A stretch of DNA of 64,000 nucleotides from Candidatus Cloacimonadales bacterium (GTDB lineage Bacteria > Cloacimonadota > Cloacimonadia > Cloacimonadales > DAONDQ01): the NCBI GenBank assembly GCA_963662275.1, contig OY759316.1, forward strand, positions 2,976,001 to 3,040,000, given 5' to 3'. The translations under genes and the position numbers were made by a program. The notes below the pieces were generated by a model. It was not told the origin of the DNA, searched no databases, and saw nothing but the letters and a program-made list of their open reading frames with translations. This document shows, in pieces, positions 57,262 to 64,000 of this stretch. The first letter of the stretch is position 1. The number at the start of each line of letters is the position of its first letter.

Positions 57262-60124
57262 TTCTTCTTTTATCAACAAAATACTCCAAAAGCGCCAATG
57301 TCTCCGCCTTCGCCCCTTCCCCATTCTCTGCGACCGGACCGACACAGGCGGGACAGCCATCCTTACACCCACAGGTCAGAATGACTTTCATGGATTCATT
57401 CATTATGGTATTATGAATTTCATACATCTTCTCACTTAAACCAATACCACCCGGTACCTGGTCATATAAGATAACCGCAGGCTTTCCATTTGCCACAGAA
57501 GCATTGGAACTGCCCATCACACCAATATCCTTGATATCGCACATCAGATACAATGGAGCCAGATTACCAAGTACATAGGCAAGACCAGCCATACCACTTT
57601 GGATGCGGGCTTGCTGCTCTGCCAACTTGTGACAGGAAGAGCAGAGGGTTGTCAAGTTCTTAAGTGCGTTGGCTTCATCCCGATTCATGAACTTGCGGAA
57701 AGGCACTATATGATGCACATCATGCGGTCTGTCAGTTTCAGCGATATGGCAATGCGTGCATTTGAATTCATCCCGTGTCCTTGCAGCCTGGCTGATTTCC
57801 TTCCACTTCGGACCATAGGAATTCGGATTGTTCTTCCACTTCTCGGCTTTCTCTAATTCATCCACTACCTGGTCTTCGATTTCAAACCAATAACCATATG
57901 TGATCAGCTCTGTCTTGGGCAGATCAAGCTCACCATAGCCCAATATCTCCTGGGAATACCATTTCACTTTCTTGAAGCCAGTCACCTGGTTAGTTACCAG
58001 CAGTTTTCCATAATGAATGGAACCACCCATCACAGGCATCAATTTATCTTCATGAATCAATTCAATTTCTGTGTTGCTCATCGGCTGTGTGTAGAATCCT
58101 TCCGAGAAAGGTCTCATCTGCACAGTATGTGTCTTTGTATCAATGCTTTCCACGAGGTATGATTCCCCATCCTGAAGATATACAGCCTGGGGATGCACAA
58201 GCCAATACACGCTTTTATCATCTACTTCCCCGATCACGTTGCCGTTCACGATGAGATTATATCGATCCAAACCGGCATTACGCAGCGATATCTCATCCGC
58301 TGGATAATCCTCTGATTTCCAGAAATACTGTTCATTGGATTCGATCGCTTTCCCCAATTGCTGAAGAAAATCGAGATAATCCTTCAATTCATCGATGGGA
58401 AGAGCACCGAATGTCTCATTCTTGGAGAAAGGCTTCTCGAATAAGGCACACTGCAAATGCTGCATGAGAATGAACGGATTGTTCGGATTCAACAGCGCCA
58501 TTTCCGGTGAACCACCGAAGAGAAAGTCAGGATGCTGAAGAATATACTGGTCTAATAGGCTGGCAGAAGCGATCATGAATGCAACGGATGACTCCGCTTT
58601 GCGTCCTGCTCTTCCCGCTTGCTGACGTGTAGCAGCGATCGTACCGGGATAACTGCACAGCACCACCGCATCCAGGCTTCCGATATCGATACCCAGTTCC
58701 AGGGCATTGGTGGAAACAACCGTCGAGATCGTTCCTTCCCTGAATCCCTTTTCAATCGCTCTTCTATCAGTTGGAAGATACCCACTGCGATAGCCTTGAA
58801 TCTTTTCTTTATGCTCTGAAGCATTCTGTAAATAGGTAAGAATTAGCTCAATCGCCTTCCGTGCCTGGGCAAAGACAAGCGTCTGGAATCCGCATGGCAT
58901 AATGTTTTCTGTAACTCTCACCGTTTCCATGATCACACTTCTTCTAATTCCCAAATCCTTATTCACGAATGGCGGATTATAGAGCAGGAAATGCCTCTCT
59001 CCCTGGGGTGAACCATCCTGCTCGATAAGGTCGAAGTCTTCTTCCAGTAAAGTCGAAATGAATTCTCTTGTATGTGAAAGAGTAGCTGAAGTGAGAATAT
59101 ATTGAGGATAAGCGCCATAGAAATTTGCTATTCTTTTGAAACGCCTAAGCACATTGGCAAAATGAGAACCGAACACTCCGCGATACACATGCACTTCATC
59201 GATGATGACAAACTTCAGGTTGCGAAAAAAATCCACCCACTGCGCATGATGCGGTAAAATGCCCATACTCAGCATATCAGGATTGGAGAAGATGAAGTTA
59301 GCACTGCTGCGTATCTGCTTCCGTCTTTCAGTAGGTGTATCACCGTCATACATCCCACAAGTGGGAAGTGCGAAGTTCGAAGTCCGAAGTGCGAAGTAGG
59401 GATTTACGGAAGGAAATCCATCATTGGAAGTTCGAAGTGAAGAATCGGAAGATTCAGAATATCCACCTTTGGGAAAGGTCTCCGATAATTTCCCCTTGGG
59501 AAGGGCTACCGAAGACAATCCCCCCTTGGGAAGGGCTACCGAAGACAATCCCCCCTTGGGAAGGGCTACCGAAGACAATCCCCCCTTGGGAAGGGCTACC
59601 GAAGACAATCCCCCCTTGGGAAGGGCTACCGAAGACAATCCCCCCTTGGGAAGGGGGGTAGGGGGGTCTATTCTTGGGGAAGTGCGAAGTCCGAAGTGCG
59701 AAGTCCGAACGGCAGAATCAGATGTATTATCACTTTGTTGATAAACCAAATTCAAAAACGCACTCAACTTCCCATACTGATCTTGTGCCAATGCTTTCGT
59801 GGGAAAAAGGAATAGCCCTTTCGCTTTGGGATTGGATTGTAAAGTCTGAAGTATCGGAAGCTGGTAGCAAAGGCTCTTTCCACTGGCAACACCTGTCGAA
59901 ATGACGATATTCCTGCCTTTCATGACAGCTTCATACGCCATCACTTGGTGACTGTAAATGCTGTACACACCGGATTTCAGCAGTGCATGCCGCACATTTT
60001 GATGCAAATCGTCCGGCAGATCTGCAAACACTGCTTCCTTGGCTTTATCGATATGATGCACAACGAAGCAATCCCTGAAATCAGGATCCGCCTTCATCGC
60101 CTCGATCAGATGTTCTACTTTCAT
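57224..60124 (-). CDS. YprA/MrfA (SftH/Hrq1-like) DEAD/DEAH helicase with DUF1998, inserted HNH domain and repeat-derived insert
   Basis: TGVASGKSLCY, DEVH, SAT, TNALELGIDIG, QQAGRAGR, LYDQVPGGIG, CGCKDGCPAC. Confidence 0.93.
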   Translation of the reverse strand: MKVEHLIEAMKADPDFRDCFVVHHIDKAKEAVFADLPDDLHQNVRHALLKSGVYSIYSHQVMAYEAVMKGRNIVISTGVASGKSLCYQLPILQTLQSNPKAKGLFLFPTKALAQDQYGKLSAFLNLVYQQSDNTSDSAVRTSHFGLRTSPRIDPPTPLPKGGLSSVALPKGGLSSVALPKGGLSSVALPKGGLSSVALPKGGLSSVALPKGKLSETFPKGGYSESSDSSLRTSNDGFPSVNPYFALRTSNFALPTCGMYDGDTPTERRKQIRSSANFIFSNPDMLSMGILPHHAQWVDFFRNLKFVIIDEVHVYRGVFGSHFANVLRRFKRIANFYGAYPQYILTSATLSHTREFISTLLEEDFDLIEQDGSPQGERHFLLYNPPFVNKDLGIRRSVIMETVRVTENIMPCGFQTLVFAQARKAIELILTYLQNASEHKEKIQGYRSGYLPTDRRAIEKGFREGTISTVVSTNALELGIDIGSLDAVVLCSYPGTIAATRQQAGRAGRKAESSVAFMIASASLLDQYILQHPDFLFGGSPEMALLNPNNPFILMQHLQCALFEKPFSKNETFGALPIDELKDYLDFLQQLGKAIESNEQYFWKSEDYPADEISLRNAGLDRYNLIVNGNVIGEVDDKSVYWLVHPQAVYLQDGESYLVESIDTKTHTVQMRPFSEGFYTQPMSNTEIELIHEDKLMPVMGGSIHYGKLLVTNQVTGFKKVKWYSQEILGYGELDLPKTELITYGYWFEIEDQVVDELEKAEKWKNNPNSYGPKWKEISQAARTRDEFKCTHCHIAETDRPHDVHHIVPFRKFMNRDEANALKNLTTLCSSCHKLAEQQARIQSGMAGLAYVLGNLAPLYLMCDIKDIGVMGSSNASVANGKPAVILYDQVPGGIGLSEKMYEIHNTIMNESMKVILTCGCKDGCPACVGPVAENGEGAKAETLALLEYFVDKRRTNSPASMPPPLA
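59461..59668. repeat. In-frame 30-bp tandem repeat inside the helicase gene (LPKGGLSSVA)
   Basis: CCCCCTTGGGAAGGGCTACCGAAGACAATC exact at 59521, 59551, 59581, 59611; variant at 59491; terminal perfect hairpin at 59640-59658. Confidence 0.95.
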
Positions 60125-60191
60125 ACATATCCTTTATGCTTGTTATAGAACATCTGGCAAAGAAGATTTTCATGTCAAATGAAATGTAGTG

Positions 60192-61280
60192 TTACGGTGC
60201 AATCCTGCAAATGCGGAATCCTAAATCCTCATAACCAGTTGTTTCATTGTTGCTGTTCCTACTGTTAACATAGCAGAAATTTTCCTCCAAACTGAAACCG
60301 CCACCCCGAAGTGAACGATATGGACCACTCACTGCTCCATGGGGATTGATCTGCATACCACTAGGGTAATCTCCATATATATCCCAAACATACTCCATGA
60401 CGTTTCCGCTCATATCATAAAGACCCAATTCATTGGCAGTCTTTGTTCCAATTGTGTGAGTGCAGTAATCAGAATTTTCAGAATACCAGGCTACATCGTC
60501 TAAAGTGTTACTACCGCTGAAAGAGTAATTGTTCGTCTGGTTTCCACCCCGCGCTGCAAATTCCCATTCTGCCTCTGTAAGTAAGCGATAACCATTTGCT
60601 GTCCAATTGCATGTTAGATTAGTATGATTTAAATCATCTGTATTCCAGCCTGCTGGCCAATACTCAGGATTTGTACCGGAGGAAATATAACTGTAGCAAG
60701 GAGTTAAACCTTCGCTGATGCTTCTTATATTACAAAACTCAATCGCATTGTACCAGGATACAAGATATACTGGATAATTGCTGCCAACTCCATACCCGGA
60801 GGCAGGATTATTCCCCATGACAGTTTGATATGTTGACTGTGTCATCTCATACTTATCAAGATAAAATGAAGATACTGTTACTTCGGAAGTGCCATTATTG
60901 AATGTCCCTCCGGGAATAAGTTCAAAGCCATCTTCAGCAAAAACTTTTACCCTGTAATGGCTTCCAAGAATTTCAGTACTTTCAGCTCCAATGTCCCAGA
61001 TAATATGTTTTCCATAACCGGGAGCGACGCCAAAGCCAATATCTCCGCTCAGATTTGCAGGTGAAGGAATAATTGTAAATGTACTGCCTGAATCATTTGA
61101 AATGATGATTGAAACAGTGCAGGTATCGGATTCCGCATCCGATAAATTATAAGTAATATCCACAAGTTCACTGTTTCCGTGACGTTGAATCATCGTAGCA
61201 TTGGAAATTAATGGTGCTGTGACAGCATAAGATAGAACAGCAAACAGCAACAAACAAAAAGTAATTATTACGTGTTTCAT
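60192..61280 (-). CDS. Secreted formylglycine-generating-enzyme-like (FGE-sulfatase/CLec fold) domain protein
   Basis: Signal peptide, GYRLLTEAEWEFAARGG, NELGLYDMSGNVMEY, RGG...GFRICR C-terminus. Confidence 0.9.
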   Translation of the reverse strand: MKHVIITFCLLLFAVLSYAVTAPLISNATMIQRHGNSELVDITYNLSDAESDTCTVSIIISNDSGSTFTIIPSPANLSGDIGFGVAPGYGKHIIWDIGAESTEILGSHYRVKVFAEDGFELIPGGTFNNGTSEVTVSSFYLDKYEMTQSTYQTVMGNNPASGYGVGSNYPVYLVSWYNAIEFCNIRSISEGLTPCYSYISSGTNPEYWPAGWNTDDLNHTNLTCNWTANGYRLLTEAEWEFAARGGNQTNNYSFSGSNTLDDVAWYSENSDYCTHTIGTKTANELGLYDMSGNVMEYVWDIYGDYPSGMQINPHGAVSGPYRSLRGGGFSLEENFCYVNSRNSNNETTGYEDLGFRICRIAP

Positions 61281-61295
61281 AGTTTTCCGCCTTTC

Positions 61296-61691
61296 CTACT
61301 TGAGCAGTACCATTTTTTTGGTTGTCTTTATAGAAGGAGTGATCAATTGATAGAAATATATACCACTGCTGCATCCTGAACTATTCCATGTCAGTGTATG
61401 AGTACCTGATGTCAGAGGAAAGGTTTTGACTGTTTGACCCAGGATATTGAAGATAGTTACATTACCTGCTTCCCCAGTTTTGATAGAAACATCAATATTC
61501 GTACTGCCATCAATATAGAAAGGATTTGGATAAGCACTACCCAGCACTGATCCATTCATTGGGGGAACAGGATCATCATTCAAAGTTCCTGTGTTATCGA
61601 GCGCTAAGTCCTCTACTGAGACTACAAAACTTGTGAGGGCAAATATGCTTGCCGATAGGCAAAGCATGGCAACGAATAAGATTGCTTTCAT
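61296..61691 (-). CDS. Small secreted protein consisting almost only of a Por-tail/FlgD-like CTD
   Basis: Signal peptide, then ~30 aa, then AYPNPF...IFNILGQTVKT...SGIYFYQL...KKMVLLK. Confidence 0.8.
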   Translation of the reverse strand: MKAILFVAMLCLSASIFALTSFVVSVEDLALDNTGTLNDDPVPPMNGSVLGSAYPNPFYIDGSTNIDVSIKTGEAGNVTIFNILGQTVKTFPLTSGTHTLTWNSSGCSSGIYFYQLITPSIKTTKKMVLLK

Positions 61692-62179
61692 CTCCGCTTC
61701 TCCTTATATGGCATTTTGATAGTACACATTTTGGAATATATATTAATGTATGGCTGTTTGTCAATAACAAAAAAATGATGTATAGCACAAAATTGTATCT
61801 TGTTTTCACCGAAGGTTTGAAACCTCGGTGTTTTCTAGAGTTGTAGGGATACAATCCCAACAACATAACATAATAAGCATTTCCCATCATAGGCATGATT
61901 GGATATGCTGTTGAACAAGCTCAAGTAGCAGGGTGATTTTGAATATGTATTTGGAAATTGCTTTTTGAAGATTTCTTGGGTTGAATTGGATTTTTACAAT
62001 TTTAGCAGAGTCTTTTACCAATGGAAGAGATGATTTTCTTTTCAGAAGTTATCAAATCACTTTGAGATCAGACTTTTTGTGTATGGGCTGATATTGTTTT
62101 CAAGTATTTTAGCAAATTGCCTGTAATATTTCGGTTGTTTCTATAATTTAGGCAAGACAATCCCGTCGGTAAAATTAAC

Positions 62180-63322
62180 TTACAGTTTACCGCCATCAAA
62201 GCAATTTGCCAAAAACAACAGCGACCAAGGCGGTGATCTTGGTTTTCCGGTAATTGAAGCATGCTGTGTCATCTTTGATTTGCAATTAGGGCAGAGGTCT
62301 TTTTCAAATTTGGGAATTACAAAAGTTTTAGCTGTCTGATTCTTGTCATTAGAATCGGACTTTGCTGGGAAAAAGCTGTTGACCATCTCCCAGACAGATT
62401 TTGCCGCCGGACTGAGAAATCCGTAGTATCTGATTTTCTGAAATCCCTGCGGCAGAACATGCATCAGGAACTTATTGATAAACTCCACGGAGTCGACGCT
62501 TTTAAAGGCGAATTTAGCTGAACCTGCCGGCTTGTATTTAAAGGTTACCAGCCCGTCCTTTTCCCAAAGGATGCGATTGTTGGTGATGGCGGTCCGATAC
62601 ACATAATTGGCCAAATAAGTCAGAGCCTCCCGACCTTTTCCGACGGGTCGGGAGTCTGTGACAAACTCTTTTTGCTGCCAGACTAGCGGGGATATCCGAC
62701 CAAACAGATGCTGATTTTCCAGTCGAAGCAAATCACGGAATTTTGCCCGGTAAATCACCGAAAGAGCTTTGACCGGAATCAGGAACTTATTGCCTGCTTT
62801 TTGCCATTCCTTTCGTTCTTTATTCCAAGCTCCGCCGGGGACTATATAATGAATATGAGGATGATATTCAAGCTGCCTTGTCCAGGTATGAAGTACCCCG
62901 GTAAAGCCTGAAACGCCACCGGCATATTTGGGATCTGAAAGCAATGTCTTTAAGGCTTCAGATGATGCTTTGAACTGAAGATCATAAAGCAGTTTCTGAT
63001 TTGACAGGCATGTTTTGTGCAGTTCCCGGGGTATGGTGAAAGTTACCATGAAGTACTTAACCGGCAGCAGTTTGGCAAGCTGCTTTTCCAGCCATTTCGC
63101 TGAATCATTACGGCCACACTTCGGGCAGTGACGGTTTTTGCAGGAATGATAGGAATAATGCAGTTCCGCACATTCCTGGCATAAATAGACTTCTCCGCCC
63201 AGTTCAGGTGTCCGGCAAAGGAGAATATCTCTGATCGCTCTTAAATGGCTTTCCGGTGACTGGTTTCCATATTTTTCCAGATACTCGGACAGGTTGTTTT
63301 TGAGAATCCTGCTAAAATCCAT
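62180..63322 (-). CDS. IS91-family (Y2 HUH rolling-circle) transposase
   Basis: Zn-binding SCKNRHCPKC, VTFTIP, LHTW...HPHIH (HUH), YLANY (Y2), HVLPQGFQKIRYYG. Confidence 0.93.
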   Translation of the reverse strand: MDFSRILKNNLSEYLEKYGNQSPESHLRAIRDILLCRTPELGGEVYLCQECAELHYSYHSCKNRHCPKCGRNDSAKWLEKQLAKLLPVKYFMVTFTIPRELHKTCLSNQKLLYDLQFKASSEALKTLLSDPKYAGGVSGFTGVLHTWTRQLEYHPHIHYIVPGGAWNKERKEWQKAGNKFLIPVKALSVIYRAKFRDLLRLENQHLFGRISPLVWQQKEFVTDSRPVGKGREALTYLANYVYRTAITNNRILWEKDGLVTFKYKPAGSAKFAFKSVDSVEFINKFLMHVLPQGFQKIRYYGFLSPAAKSVWEMVNSFFPAKSDSNDKNQTAKTFVIPKFEKDLCPNCKSKMTQHASITGKPRSPPWSLLFLANCFDGGKL

Positions 63323-64000
63323 TTACATCTTATTCATCAGTTCATTGATGATTTTACATGACTGCTCTCGGGAAACGTTAGTCAAATGCACGTATACCAT
63401 GGTCGCTCTAAGACTTTCGTGCCCGAGCAAGTCTTTGATGATGATGATACTGACACCTGCTTCCAATAAATGTGTGGCATAAGAATGTCTGAGTGTATGA
63501 CAGGTTACATGCTTAGGGATGCGTGTCTCCTTTAAGGCTGACTTCAGAGCTGACCGAAGAGTTTGGACAGAAATCTGGTTCGAGGTTGTCATTCTGTTAA
63601 TATCAGCCTGTCTGGTGCTTCTGCTCGGGAATAAAAGCTGTCTGTTCTGATGGGTTTTCCAATATTCCCGGAGTTCCTGATACAATTTTTCAGGCAGAGG
63701 TATTGACCTGTCTTTGTTGCCTTTGGATTGCCTTACCGTGATGGTCATCAATTCCCGGTTGATATCGGCTATTTTAATCTTGACTGCTTCCGAAATCCTT
63801 AATCCGCATTGATAGGTAAGAGTCAGTAAGAGTCGATAATCATAAGTATGAATGCGGGAGATAAGCATTCTAACTTCGTCTGTGGTCAGAATCACAGGAA
63901 GTTTGTGCTCAATCTTTGCCTTAAAAAAGGTAAAATCCTCTTGCCTGAAACCAACAACATGGATGAAAAAAAATCTGATGCCATAATAGGCTGATTTTAA
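63323..64000 (-). CDS. Tyrosine recombinase/integrase, 5'-truncated by window edge
   Basis: GLRISE, SKGNKDR, HTLRHSYATHLLEAG, LLGH...TMVY; frame stays open to base 64000. Confidence 0.93.
   Translation of the reverse strand, partial: LKSAYYGIRFFFIHVVGFRQEDFTFFKAKIEHKLPVILTTDEVRMLISRIHTYDYRLLLTLTYQCGLRISEAVKIKIADINRELMTITVRQSKGNKDRSIPLPEKLYQELREYWKTHQNRQLLFPSRSTRQADINRMTTSNQISVQTLRSALKSALKETRIPKHVTCHTLRHSYATHLLEAGVSIIIIKDLLGHESLRATMVYVHLTNVSREQSCKIINELMNKM

Noticed and set aside
57023..57416. Plus-strand ORFs with repeated peptides
   Set aside because: Translations of the 43-bp array, antisense to the helicase.
59360..59740. Intein in the helicase
   Set aside because: No N-terminal Cys/Ser block or C-terminal His-Asn junction; the insert is low-complexity repeat sequence.
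59335..59904. Plus-strand repetitive ORFs
   Set aside because: Antisense readings of the 30-bp repeat inside the helicase.
63323..64000. Integron integrase with cassette array
   Set aside because: Lacks the IntI-specific insertion between catalytic boxes, is coupled to an IS91-like transposase, and no attC array is evident.

Overview
Bacterial chromosomal window, probably Cloacimonadota. That assignment is inferred from the 16S sequence and the many secreted proteins with FlgD/Por-tail-like C-termini, and was not checked against a database. Core content: end of ftsA, ftsZ, a complete minus-strand rRNA operon (16S-tRNA-Ile-tRNA-Ala-23S-5S) whose 23S carries a ~222-nt hairpin intervening sequence in helix 25, serS, tpiA, uvrC, murJ, waaA, tRNA-Arg, tRNA-Asp, a hybrid kinase, a TPR kinase/sigma54 regulator pair, several large secreted beta-helix/FG-GAP proteins, and a yprA-yprB-aspA-hydF-nitrilase run. 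Mobile content: a complete Mutator/IS256-like IS with TIRs and a 7-bp TSD, a MITE-like element, a RAYT with 13 REPs (10 in a 55-bp tandem array), and an IS91-like transposase plus integrase pair at the right edge. The most striking observation is a DUF559 nuclease gene bracketed by 48-bp direct repeats and preceded by a 43-bp-period hairpin array. Its layout mirrors the RAYT/REP locus ~5 kb away, and related hairpins are dispersed across the window, including in frame inside the neighbouring helicase. This is a candidate nuclease-associated repeat system.
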